A program made the position numbers and the translations under genes. From positions 32,540 through 96,539 of the forward strand of contig JAUSJK010000048.1 in NCBI GenBank assembly GCA_030647255.1: a stretch of 64,000 nucleotides of DNA, written 5' to 3'. Positions 1 to 8,935 of this stretch are shown piece by piece. Below the pieces are notes generated by a model that was given only the letters and a program-made list of their open reading frames with translations, had not been told where the DNA came from and ran no database searches. This DNA is from a bacterium (GTDB lineage Bacteria; Patescibacteriota; Microgenomatia; UBA1406; GWC2-37-13). How positions within the stretch are numbered: position 1 is the first letter of the stretch; every line of letters begins with the position of its first letter.

Positions 1-547
1 CATAGCTAAAAAATTTTGATCTCGTATATTTATTTAGTAATATTATCGTACCTCCACTGATGAGCGTTGCTACAAATGAAGTTATACCATTAATATGATG
101 TAAAGGTAGAGTGATGAAGAAACGATCAGATTCTGATAAAGAAAACCAATCAATAATTCCCTCCGCATTTGCAAAAAGATTATTTAGACTTAATTGTGCT
201 CCTTTAGGGTAGGCAGTTGTACCAGACGTAAATAAAATAAGCTGTATATTGTCATTGCTAACAGCTAATTTATCCAATATATCATTCACGATTTTTTTAT
301 AAGCGGTGGACACATTTACTTCTGCAAGAAGTTCTAACGATATGTTCTCTTTTGATATGGTCTTGTTTGCTTGAGCTTTTCTTATTTTATATTCCTTTAA
401 ATCAGAAGGAGTTTTTGGACTAATAGGAATTACAGTCATTTGTGATATCCAGCAAGCGAGAAAGATTACAATTTGTTCCACACTGTTGGGAAATTCTATA
501 ATTACTGTATCTCGTATTTTACATTTTAATTTATACAGTAGTTTCAT
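1..547 (-). CDS. AMP-dependent synthetase/ligase (acyl-CoA ligase-like), N-terminal part, runs off window edge
   Basis: Absent from the ORF track because there is no stop before the edge. Reverse-complement translation from ATG (comp. 545-547) gives MKLLYKLKCKIRD...LILFTSGTTAYPKGAQLSLNNL...LPLHHINGI. TSGTTxxPKG is the AMP-binding signature. Confidence 0.7.
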   Translation of the reverse strand, partial: MKLLYKLKCKIRDTVIIEFPNSVEQIVIFLACWISQMTVIPISPKTPSDLKEYKIRKAQANKTISKENISLELLAEVNVSTAYKKIVNDILDKLAVSNDNIQLILFTSGTTAYPKGAQLSLNNLFANAEGIIDWFSLSESDRFFITLPLHHINGITSFVATLISGGTIILLNKYTRSKFFSY

Positions 548-1602
548 TCAATAATCTAACGCAACAGAGATGGTATGTTTAGAGTATGAATACATATAGT
601 CGGTTGAATATGGAGGAACGGGAAGAAATTAGTCGAATGCTTGCTCAAAGATATTCTTTCGGAGACATTGCGAAAATGTTAGGACGGAGCACAAGTACAA
701 TTAGTCGCGAGATTAGAGCAGGGAGCAGTAATAAGTATACGTATCGTGCAAAGAAAGCACAGGATCGGTCAGTACGAAATAGCAGGAGAAGAAAGGCAGG
801 GAAATATATGTTGGATCAAAATAATGAACTCAGAGGGTATATGTATAAAAAGTTAAGACTCAAGTGGTCACCAACACAGATTGCAGAACTGCTGAAAAAG
901 TATTATCCTACGGACAATACTATGCGAGTATCACCTGAGACAATTTACACATATCTGTACGTTTTACCCAGAGGGACACTAAAAAAAGAACTACTTGCAT
1001 GTTTGAGACAGAATCGGAAACATCGACACAAACAACGAAGAGGTGTAACCGCAACACGAGATATTGAAGATATGTTAAGTATTGAAGAGCGACCACAGGA
1101 AGTTGCTGATAGGTCTATTCCTGGTCATTGGGAGGGAGATTTGATTGTAGGGAGAAATAACCGTTCAGCGCTTGGAACGTTGGTTGAACGTACAACTCGG
1201 ACTACTATACTTATCCCTGTAAAAAGTAAAGGTTCGGCAGATGTAGCGAAAGCTTTTGCAAAGGAGGTGAGAAAATTACCAGTGCAGATGAAATTGACGA
1301 TGACATATGACCAAGGACGTGAAATGGCATAGCATAAATTATTCACGAAGATTACGGGAGTGAAGGTATATTTTGCTCATCCAAGAAGTCCATGGGAACG
1401 AGGGACGAACGAGAACACGAATGGATTGATCCGACAATATTTTCCAAGAGGAACGGACTTTACTAAAGTTTCACGACGTGAAGTAAAAAAAGTACAAGAT
1501 CAACTCAATGGACGACCAAGAAAAACACTCGAGTTCAAAACACCTTATGAAGTTTTTGAAGACTTAATTAACAGTTAACGTTGTTGCGTTAGAAACTTGA
1601 AT
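546..1602. mobile_element. IS30-family insertion sequence with terminal inverted repeats
   Basis: CTAACGCAACA (556-566) is the perfect reverse complement of TGTTGCGTTAG (1582-1592). It extends to about 21 bp with 3 mismatches (546-566 / 1582-1602). The repeats bracket an IS30-type transposase. Confidence 0.7.
586..1578 (+). pseudogene. IS30-family transposase interrupted by one in-frame TAG (1330-1332)
   Basis: ORFs 586-1332 and 1360-1578 are in the same frame. The junction reads ...[47 protein letters not shown]. It has an N-terminal HTH (FGDIAKMLGRSTSTISREI) and the PWERGxNEN DDE-region motif typical of IS30. Confidence 0.8.
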
Positions 1603-1636
1603 CCAAGATGTCTATTTATTGGAAATACTATATACT

Positions 1637-2245
1637 ATGTTGACTCACATTTATTTGATTCGTCACGGGAAGGTTTTTAATCCCACTAATGTTTTTTATG
1701 GGAGAAAACCACGAATGTATTTATCAGAGGAAGGAAGGAGAGGAATAGAAAAAACTGCAAACTTCTTAAAAGAGAGAAGTATCTGTTCTATTTATACGAG
1801 TCCGCTCCTTAGAGCGAGACAAACTGGAACGATAATTCAAACCAAACTATCAACAAAAACTACTAAACATATATCAAAAGCGCTCATAGATATTAAAACT
1901 TCACTAGAAGGGAAACCCTTTTCTTACATTCAATCAATAAGAGCCGATTTTTATTCACCACAATTTAGAGACGTAAATGACGAAACAATAGAACAAATAA
2001 AAAATAGAATTTTTGCGAGTATCAAAGAAATAGCAAAAAAAAATGAAGGAAAAGAAGTGGTTGTTATCTCTCATGGAGATCCCATCATGATAGCGAAAGC
2101 CTATATAGAAAACAAGCCATTGACTTTAGATTCTATTAGACCAGGTAAGGATATGTATGTTCAATACGGAGAAATACAAGATATAATAATAAGTTCAACA
2201 GGGACATTTACAATTAATAAGATTTTTTCACCGAAGCATGATTAA
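1637..2245 (+). CDS. histidine phosphatase (phosphoglycerate mutase-like) family protein
   Basis: N-terminal IYLIRHGK (RHG catalytic motif) and VVVISHGDPI later. The ATG at 1637 is preferred over the TTG at 1619. Confidence 0.7.
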   Translation: MLTHIYLIRHGKVFNPTNVFYGRKPRMYLSEEGRRGIEKTANFLKERSICSIYTSPLLRARQTGTIIQTKLSTKTTKHISKALIDIKTSLEGKPFSYIQSIRADFYSPQFRDVNDETIEQIKNRIFASIKEIAKKNEGKEVVVISHGDPIMIAKAYIENKPLTLDSIRPGKDMYVQYGEIQDIIISSTGTFTINKIFSPKHD

Positions 2246-2688
2246 TAGTTTTGGAGGTCTTTGAGGATTTCTTCAGGATGGATAGACGGGTCTACTTTTT
2301 CATACTTTTTAAAGATATTACCTTTGGGGTCAATGAGTACAGTGGTACGAAGTACTCCATCAAACGATTTGCCCATGAAAGATTTCGTGCCCCACGCTCC
2401 ATAGGCTTTTATGGTTTCTTTGCTTTCATCACTTAATAATGTAAAAGTGAGTTTATATTTATCAGCGAATTTTTTATGTGAGGCGACATTATCTTTAGAT
2501 ACTCCCAAAATGACCGCATTTCTTTCTTCAAATTCCTTATGTAAATCTCTAAAGCCGCATGATTCTTTTGTACATCCCGGAGTATCATCTTTCGGATAAA
2601 AATAAAGCACTACCCATCGGCCTTTATATTCATCCAACGTGTGAACTTTACCATTTTGATCAGACATTGAAAAGCTAGGTGCCTGCAT
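2242..2688 (-). CDS. bcp: thioredoxin-dependent peroxiredoxin (Bcp type)
   Basis: VVLYFYPKDDTPGCTKESCGFRD contains the PxxxTxxC peroxidatic Cys motif. The 148-aa size is typical. Confidence 0.85.
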   Translation of the reverse strand: MQAPSFSMSDQNGKVHTLDEYKGRWVVLYFYPKDDTPGCTKESCGFRDLHKEFEERNAVILGVSKDNVASHKKFADKYKLTFTLLSDESKETIKAYGAWGTKSFMGKSFDGVLRTTVLIDPKGNIFKKYEKVDPSIHPEEILKDLQNY

Positions 2689-2706
2689 ATGCTATAATGT
2701 TAGCAC

Positions 2707-3600
2707 ATGAACAAATTAAAGACGTGGTGGTTTGTATTCTGCAATAGTCTTCTCAGTCCATCGTATTATAAGAGTATTTTATCCTCTAAATTTTCATTTT
2801 CTTTGAAGTATCTTGTAGTACTGATGTTTTTTGTGTACCTAACTACTGCAGCTAAAGTGGGATTAGTCGGATATAGATTGCTTCCACAAGTTCCACTGTT
2901 CGCCAATAAGCTTACTTCTACATTGCAAACTGCCTATCCTCAAGAACTTGTGGTCACTATAAAAAATGGACAGCTGTCAACGAATGTAAAAGAGCCTTAC
3001 GTGTGGGACTGGCCATATCAATTCGATGAAAAAGAGAAAAAACCAGATATGCATTTTCTGACCATAGATACTCACGCATCTTTAGACGATTATCCAACGT
3101 ATACTACTTATATCCTCGTTACCAAAAATAACATCATATATCCGAGTAGTTCAAACGAAGGGAGAAGCGGAGAGTATAGAGTATATTCACTTTCCCAAAT
3201 TAAAGATTCAGTGACATTTGACAGAACTACCTATGACGCAGTTCTTCAAAAATTGAGTCCGTTCATTCAAAAACTACCTACGATCGTAGCAATTTTTATT
3301 GTAGCGGGAATTTTTTTTGTCATGATATTTGGAACGCTATTTGGATTGATCTGGAACATGATATACCTTCTTTTTATGACAGTTGTGATTTTGATCATCG
3401 CAAAAATTATGAATAAAAACCTTTCATACAGTCAGTTGTATCAGTTTGGTATGTACGGCCTTACTCTTCCTATATTAGTGTCAGTTCTGGTATCATTATC
3501 AGGCCTTCATATACCTTTTATATTTACGTTAGTCTTTATCATCTGGATGAGTGTAGTTGTGAATAAACTCCAAGTAGTCACAAAAAATAATTTGGTGTAG
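2707..3600 (+). CDS. polytopic membrane protein (DUF1189-like)
   Basis: 297-aa ORF with one N-terminal and several C-terminal hydrophobic helices. The family assignment is from memory only. Confidence 0.45.
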   Translation: MNKLKTWWFVFCNSLLSPSYYKSILSSKFSFSLKYLVVLMFFVYLTTAAKVGLVGYRLLPQVPLFANKLTSTLQTAYPQELVVTIKNGQLSTNVKEPYVWDWPYQFDEKEKKPDMHFLTIDTHASLDDYPTYTTYILVTKNNIIYPSSSNEGRSGEYRVYSLSQIKDSVTFDRTTYDAVLQKLSPFIQKLPTIVAIFIVAGIFFVMIFGTLFGLIWNMIYLLFMTVVILIIAKIMNKNLSYSQLYQFGMYGLTLPILVSVLVSLSGLHIPFIFTLVFIIWMSVVVNKLQVVTKNNLV

Positions 3601-3609
3601 AATACATAT

Positions 3610-5970
3610 GTGGCAAAAAATATTCCTACGGTTTTTGTCGTTTTCGGGGCAACTGGAGATCTCATGTCCAAGAAAATAATTCCTGCATTGTTTCATCTCT
3701 ACGAAAAAAATAAACTTCCTTTGATGTTCAGACTGATTGGATTTGCGAGAAGACCCCTCACTCAAGAACAATTCCAGCGCTATTGTAAAGATATGCTTCG
3801 ATCTCACGGTGAAGAAGATATGAAAAAAGTAGATGAATTTTTAAGATCATGTCTTTACCAACAAGGGAATTTTACACATAAAGACGATTATGTAAAGTTG
3901 GCAACCGTGATGGGAAGGATAGACGGAGAATGGAAAGTATGTTCCAACAAACTTTTTTATCTGGCAGTTCCTCCTCACTATTATTCCGGAATATTTAACC
4001 ATCTGGCGTCATCGGGACTTACACTTCCCTGCGGGCCCGACGAAGGATGGACCCGGGTTCTTGTAGAAAAGCCATTTGGGAAGGATTTGGAGACTGCTGA
4101 AGATCTGGACTTACTTCTGGCAAAACTGTTTAAAGAAGAACAGATCTATAGGATCGATCATTATCTCGCCAAAGAAATGCTACAAAATATTCTTCTTTTC
4201 CGATTTTCAAATAATCTTTTGGAACCGAGCTGGAACAACAAATTTATAGAAAAAATAGAAATAAAACTGCATGAAAAAATTGGCGTTGAGTCACGGGGAG
4301 TATTCTATGACGGACTGGGAACTTTAAGAGACGTAGGACAAAATCATTTACTTCAGATGCTGGCTCTTATCACTATGGAAGCTCCGATGAAATTCGATTC
4401 CGAGTCTGTCCGCCCTTCCAGAGCAACCGTTCTTCACACACTTCAAAAAATGTCGAATGAAGAAGTAAAAAAATATACGTTCAGAGCTCAATATAAAGAA
4501 TACACACGAATCAAAGGTGTACTTCCGCAATCAACGACAGAAACATATTTCAAACTTAAAACCTATTTGAATCACCCCCGATGGGAAGGAGTGCCCATAT
4601 TCATGGAAAGCGGGAAACGTCTAAAAAAACAAGTAAAAGAAATTACCGTTACATTCAAACACGTTCTTCCGTGTGAATGTTTAACAGATGAGATGCATAC
4701 GTATAGAAATAAGGTTATTTTTCAGTTGGAACCACATGAAAGAATCCAGGTGGGATTTATTTCCAAAAAGCCCGGTCTTGATCTGCAGGTTCAGGAAACA
4801 ATGTTAGGCTTTAATTATCGTTCAAAAAAGAAACGACGGCAATACGTTGAAGAATACGAAAAATTACTTCTCGATTGCATAGTGGGAAACCAGCTTTTAT
4901 TTTTGAGTACGGATGAGGTAAAGGCGATGTGGAGATTTACAGATCCTATTTCTTCTGTCTGGAATAAAAACAATGTGTCTCTTCACGTTTATAAGCCGGA
5001 TTCGAATTCATTTATAAAAAAGGCTGAATATATATATGATGCAAATAAAACAGGGATACTTACTGCAAAAGAGGTGGTAATCGTCGGTCTTGGAAAAATG
5101 GGTGGTAATATAGCGAGACAGCTTATCCGTAAGGGATGGAATATCTACGGGTACAACAGGACGAAGGAAGATACTCAGGAGTTGGAGAAAGTCGGCCTCA
5201 AAGGAATATATGAAATTACGGATATTAAAGAAAAAATTACCAATCCAAGAATAATATGGATGATGGTGCCGGCGGGACCAGTATTTGACGAGCTTGTATT
5301 TGGAAAAAAAGGATTGGTTGAGGTACTGGACAAAGGAGATATTGTGGTAGATGCGGGTAACTCCTTTTATAAAGACTCGATAAGAAGAGGAAAACTTTTG
5401 TCTCAAAAAGGGATCAGGTTTTTGGATATCGGAGTTTCGGGTGGTCCGATGGGAGCTCTCAACGGAGCGAGTCTTATGGTAGGCGGAACAAAAGATCTAT
5501 ATGAATATCTGAAACCTTTGTTGACAGATATCGCGGTGCCCGAAGGAGTTCAGTTTTTTGAGGGTGTCGGTGCCGGACATTTTATCAAAATGATACACAA
5601 CGGGATAGAGTACGGTATGATGCAGGCTATCGCCGAAGGATTTGCCATTCTGAAAAAATCACATTACTCACTGGATTTGAAAAATATATCTCATGTCTAT
5701 AATCATGGGAGCGTTGTCGAGTCAAAATTGATGAGCTGGTTAATAACTGCATTTGAGATATATTCGGATGAGTTAAAAAATGTTTCCGGATCAGTGGCGC
5801 ATACGGGAGAAGGAAAGTGGACGGTCGAAACGGCTGAAGAACTGGGAGTAAAAGTGAAAATTATCGAGGAATCATTTAAATTTAGGGTAGCTTCAGAGAA
5901 AAATCCTTCATATACTGGCAAGATTCTTTCTGCTCTTCGCAATCAGTTTGGAGGACACAGCATAAAGTAA
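3610..5970 (+). CDS. zwf: fusion protein: glucose-6-phosphate dehydrogenase (N, about 480 aa) plus short-type 6-phosphogluconate dehydrogenase (C, about 300 aa)
   Basis: N-terminal part has VFGATGDLMSKKIIPAL (NADP site) and RIDHYLAKE (G6PD active-site box). C-terminal part has VVIVGLGKMGGNIARQL, DAGNSFYKDSIRR and GAGHFIKMIHNGIEYGMMQAIAEGF (6PGDH signature). It is a single uninterrupted 786-aa frame. Confidence 0.85.
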   Translation: MAKNIPTVFVVFGATGDLMSKKIIPALFHLYEKNKLPLMFRLIGFARRPLTQEQFQRYCKDMLRSHGEEDMKKVDEFLRSCLYQQGNFTHKDDYVKLATVMGRIDGEWKVCSNKLFYLAVPPHYYSGIFNHLASSGLTLPCGPDEGWTRVLVEKPFGKDLETAEDLDLLLAKLFKEEQIYRIDHYLAKEMLQNILLFRFSNNLLEPSWNNKFIEKIEIKLHEKIGVESRGVFYDGLGTLRDVGQNHLLQMLALITMEAPMKFDSESVRPSRATVLHTLQKMSNEEVKKYTFRAQYKEYTRIKGVLPQSTTETYFKLKTYLNHPRWEGVPIFMESGKRLKKQVKEITVTFKHVLPCECLTDEMHTYRNKVIFQLEPHERIQVGFISKKPGLDLQVQETMLGFNYRSKKKRRQYVEEYEKLLLDCIVGNQLLFLSTDEVKAMWRFTDPISSVWNKNNVSLHVYKPDSNSFIKKAEYIYDANKTGILTAKEVVIVGLGKMGGNIARQLIRKGWNIYGYNRTKEDTQELEKVGLKGIYEITDIKEKITNPRIIWMMVPAGPVFDELVFGKKGLVEVLDKGDIVVDAGNSFYKDSIRRGKLLSQKGIRFLDIGVSGGPMGALNGASLMVGGTKDLYEYLKPLLTDIAVPEGVQFFEGVGAGHFIKMIHNGIEYGMMQAIAEGFAILKKSHYSLDLKNISHVYNHGSVVESKLMSWLITAFEIYSDELKNVSGSVAHTGEGKWTVETAEELGVKVKIIEESFKFRVASEKNPSYTGKILSALRNQFGGHSIK

Positions 5971-5974
5971 CAGA

Positions 5975-5997
5975 TTGAACATGTAACTTGTAACATT
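5975..5997 (-). repeat. GTTACA tandem motif copy a (AATGTTACAAGTTACATGTTCAA on the minus strand)
   Basis: 21/23 identical to 60392-60414 and related to 12081-12110. Intergenic. Confidence 0.5.
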
Positions 5998-6001
5998 CTC
6001 T

Positions 6002-6108
6002 GTCATCCTGGTAAGTCCTTCGGCGTTGCTCAGGACGCATCCAGGATCGTTGTCAACGAGTTAACTACGATTCTGGAGTCGTCGTGCCTCCTTCCCAGAA
6101 TGACGACG
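6002..6108. repeat. GTCATYCTGG double-hairpin repeat, copy 1 of 6
   Basis: gtcatcctgg...ccaggatcg / spacer tcaacgagttaactacg / attctgg...cccagaatgacg. Homologous to 10351-10449, 17671-17801, 19353-19448, 23079-23119 (partial) and 60264-60378. Confidence 0.85.
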
Positions 6109-6151
6109 TGCCTACTAACTTTTTAATACCAAATACAAAATACTTGGTTTA

Positions 6152-6772
6152 TTACTTATATCCTGGGGGTAGATTTTGCGGAGTATACTGGCCGGGGACG
6201 TAGTTAGGGTTGATTTGAGGATTCGCGTAGGGATTGATCTGCGGATTAGCATAGGGATTGATATTCGGGTTTGCCATAGGATTGAAATTTGGATTTGCCA
6301 TCGGGTTAAAATTCGGATTTGACATAGGATTCGTATACTGCTTCGGCTGTTGGTTGAGCTGTTGTTGTATGAATTGTTGCTGAATCTGTTGCTGTTGCTG
6401 AATGTACTGTTGTTGGGCCTGTTGTTGTAGTTGTTGAACCTGTTGTTGCTGTTGTATTTGAGCCATGCATCCTGGGAGAAAGGACATGTACTGACATTGA
6501 AATGGAAGTATAGGAGGAGTGATGGATAGGATAATATATTTAAGATTATTTGTATTATTATTTGAGTTGGCTGTCGATGGAGCACTTTGGCCTGTTTGAG
6601 TTGTTCCACCTACACCTTGAGTAGAAGGTACTTGAATTGTCTGAGAAGGTTGAGCTGTCGGTTGATTTTGTTTTTGTTGAATATATTTTGCCGTACCAGA
6701 TATTCCCAGAGCTCCGACGACGGCGATAATGAGAATAACAATGGGTGCAAATCCTTGTGAATATACTTTCAT
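6152..6772 (-). CDS. membrane-anchored Q/N-rich low-complexity protein with tandem NP(N/Q)(I/F)NP(M/Y)A repeats
   Basis: The start at [23 protein letters not shown] supplies a TM anchor. This is followed by a [27 protein letters not shown] tract and [42 protein letters not shown]. The underlying DNA is tandemly repetitive at 6190-6330. Confidence 0.6.
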   Translation of the reverse strand: MKVYSQGFAPIVILIIAVVGALGISGTAKYIQQKQNQPTAQPSQTIQVPSTQGVGGTTQTGQSAPSTANSNNNTNNLKYIILSITPPILPFQCQYMSFLPGCMAQIQQQQQVQQLQQQAQQQYIQQQQQIQQQFIQQQLNQQPKQYTNPMSNPNFNPMANPNFNPMANPNINPYANPQINPYANPQINPNYVPGQYTPQNLPPGYK

Positions 6773-6795
6773 ATAAACATTATACCAGATTGTAT

Positions 6796-7356
6796 TTATC
6801 TGCAATTTTTCCACAAGCCTTTTTCGTTGATTATAGCCTCGTTTTGGGCTTTTCTAAAAATGCTGGCGTATTCTACGTCGGGTGGAAATGTCGCCATATG
6901 TGCAAATCCTTCTTTTACCAAGTATTCATTTAAAAACATACCTTCGGGAGATGCATCTGTCGGAACATATATATATCTCAGCAATCTTCCATATCTATCT
7001 GTTTCAGAGATATCTTTTTTAAGCGTGATTTCTTTTCCTTTGACGAGCTTTTCATTTTCATCTTTTGCTTCTTTGCCAAAGCACTGAACAGGTTTTAGAG
7101 GATGGTGAAGTTCAGGTGTATCGATACCTATGTATCGTACCCGTTGTCCATTTTCGAGTTCTATAGTATCGCCATCAACAACAAATTTGACTCTGGCTGA
7201 ACTTGTTGCATGGGGCTGATTGATAGTTGTGATCGGCGGAGGGGTGGAAGATATAGTGAGTGTATTCAAACTGAGTGGAATATTGGAAAAGCGAAGAAGA
7301 TAGCCTACGACTATACTTATAGCAAGAAGAAATAATTTTTTCTTATATCTTTTCAT
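6796..7356 (-). CDS. secreted or anchored thermonuclease (staphylococcal nuclease, SNase fold)
   Basis: N-terminal hydrophobic anchor, then [27 protein letters not shown] and [10 protein letters not shown], the classic SNase motifs. Confidence 0.8.
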   Translation of the reverse strand: MKRYKKKLFLLAISIVVGYLLRFSNIPLSLNTLTISSTPPPITTINQPHATSSARVKFVVDGDTIELENGQRVRYIGIDTPELHHPLKPVQCFGKEAKDENEKLVKGKEITLKKDISETDRYGRLLRYIYVPTDASPEGMFLNEYLVKEGFAHMATFPPDVEYASIFRKAQNEAIINEKGLWKNCR

Positions 7357-7453
7357 ATACCTATTCTACATAAAATTGAGTCACTTCCGAAAGACACAAG
7401 AATCAATATCTTTCTTTCCTCTAAAACGACCGCTCATATCGAGATGAAGCGAC

Positions 7454-7765
7454 TTGTCTGAAAATGTTAGGGATATGATTATGTTTAATATTATTTATAT
7501 CTCTTCACGGACTAGTATGCTAAATGCAACTATTATGAGTAAAGTCAGTTTTGGAGAATCAGAAACTATAGAGTTTAAAGAATCTTTGAGTGAGCTTCCA
7601 GAAGGAGCAGAAACCTTATGTGGATTTGAAAATCAAAACGGCGGAGTATTGTATTTTGGGATTAAAAATAATCATGAAGTGATGGGGATTCCTAATATTA
7701 CGGAGAAAACTATAAGAGATTTATCACAACATATTTATGATAATCTAGAGCCACAAAATAATTAA
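7454..7765 (+). pseudogene. N-terminal fragment of an AlbA_2/Schlafen-type (divergent AAA-4) DNA-binding protein
   Basis: FGESETIEFKESL...GGVLYFGI matches the AlbA_2 domain start. Only 103 aa are present, followed by about 220 nt without a long ORF. Confidence 0.45.
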
Positions 7766-7985
7766 CGTAATAAAAAAATCCCTCTACCCGTGGTGGCCCA
7801 AGTACTATTGAAAAATTCATGACCTTATCCGATTTTCCTGTCGAAGAGTCATCCAAATATGCAGCCATATATACCTTTGGCAAACCTCAAATGTTAGATC
7901 GTACCCAAGAAGATATCCTCCACTACGACGAACACCTCGTAGTCGATACTCTAGATGGGATTTAATTAGCTTTTTATTCGTTAGC

Positions 7986-8777
7986 CTACCTGCTTGTTAG
8001 AAGTATATACTCGGCGATATTTGCCGCTATTAAACTAGATAATCCTGCAAAGATTAGGTCATTAAGAGTATGTAATACGGCGATAGTAAGTATATTATTT
8101 TTATATTCATAATAGATTGACAATATAGAACAAAATATCATCATATAAAGAAAATTTAGAATGGATAATGGATGAACAAGCGAAAATATTATTCCTGAAA
8201 CAACAATAGATATTGCCTTCGTGTATCGTCCTCTTAATACTCTATAGATTCCACCACGAAAAAAGATTTCCTCCCAAAATCCTGTTGTGGAAGTAATAAA
8301 TATGGCAAGTAACAATACAGAAATCAAGTTTGGAAAAGTTGACTCTTCTGCAGTAGAAAATTCTTCAAGTGTAGTTTGAATTAATTCAGGGTTCATAATC
8401 ATAGTAGCAAAAGAAAACAATATAGATAGAGAAAAAAGAAACAGTCCAAGTATTCCTATGTGGAAGATAACGGTTCTTATAGGTAGTGATGTGAGTTGTT
8501 GCTTAAGTATATTCTGCTTAAATAACAAACGGATTGAGAGTACTAAAGCGACTATGTTTGCTGCAGGAAAAATATACACAAGTAATCCATAATGTTGTTC
8601 ATAGTTTATATTTGGTGTTAATAAACTCACGATTACCATTCCAATGCTCAAGATCAAAACAAAGGAAAAATAGATGATACATGTTTTCCAAATTAGCTGT
8701 CGAATACTGATAGGAGTGATTGACTGGAAAAAGAGTTTTGATTGATCTTTTCCAAAAAGAAACTGAAAAATTTTCAT
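7986..8777 (-). CDS. CPBP-family intramembrane glutamic endopeptidase (CAAX protease-like)
   Basis: Motifs EEIFFRGGIYRVL, FSLVHP and HTLND in a multi-TM protein. The start is moved to MKIFQFLF because the longer ORF runs into the tRNA-Pro gene. Confidence 0.75.
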   Translation of the reverse strand: MKIFQFLFGKDQSKLFFQSITPISIRQLIWKTCIIYFSFVLILSIGMVIVSLLTPNINYEQHYGLLVYIFPAANIVALVLSIRLLFKQNILKQQLTSLPIRTVIFHIGILGLFLFSLSILFSFATMIMNPELIQTTLEEFSTAEESTFPNLISVLLLAIFITSTTGFWEEIFFRGGIYRVLRGRYTKAISIVVSGIIFSLVHPLSILNFLYMMIFCSILSIYYEYKNNILTIAVLHTLNDLIFAGLSSLIAANIAEYILLTSR

Positions 8778-8798
8778 TAAAGGAAAAATTATTAGAAA

Positions 8799-8875
8799 TG
8801 GTCGGGGCGGCGAGACTTGAACTCGCGACCTCACGCTCCCAAAGCGTGCATTCTAGCCATCTGAACTACGCCCCG
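8799..8875 (-). tRNA. tRNA-Pro (anticodon UGG), CCA encoded
   Basis: Minus strand: CGGGGCG TA GTTC AGATGGCTA GAAT G CACGC TTTGGGA GCGTG AGGTC GCGAG TTCAAGT CTCGC CGCCCCG A CCA. This is a full cloverleaf with G37. Confidence 0.9.
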
Positions 8876-8935
8876 TATCTTAGCATATTGTACCATGCAG
8901 AGCCTTCTTAAGACATGTAGAAAATAATGTAAATT

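Noticed and set aside
1330-1332. In-frame TAG in the IS30 transposase as a sign of stop-codon reassignment (alternative genetic code).
   Set aside because: All long housekeeping and defence ORFs (HsdR 986 aa, Zwf-Gnd 786 aa, PurF, GltX and others) are uninterrupted and end sensibly under the standard code. A single TAG in a mobile-element gene is better explained by a nonsense mutation.
6190-6330. Tandem roughly 21-24 nt periodic DNA as a CRISPR-like or non-coding satellite array.
   Set aside because: The repeats have no unique spacers and translate in frame into NPxxNPxA peptide repeats within a continuous ORF. This is a coding tandem repeat, not CRISPR. No CRISPR array was seen anywhere in the window.
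6115-6609. Alternative-frame ORFs in the Q/N-repeat region (6115-6609, 6306-6497), plus many antisense ORFs inside clear genes (for example 1125-1346, 5008-5406, 9381-9754, 24572-25009, 36058-36486, 53316-53720 and 55222-55659).
   Set aside because: They lie opposite or out of frame to genes with strong motif support, have low-complexity or junk-like composition, and have no motifs of their own.
7745-7757. CTAGAGCCACAAA shared by the end of the AlbA_2 fragment (7745-7757) and 29444-29456, as possible att direct repeats of an island.
   Set aside because: A 13-nt exact match is expected many times by chance among all position pairs in 64 kb of AT-rich DNA. The 21.7 kb between the two sites is core metabolism (glycolysis, purine synthesis, gltX, era), not island-like.
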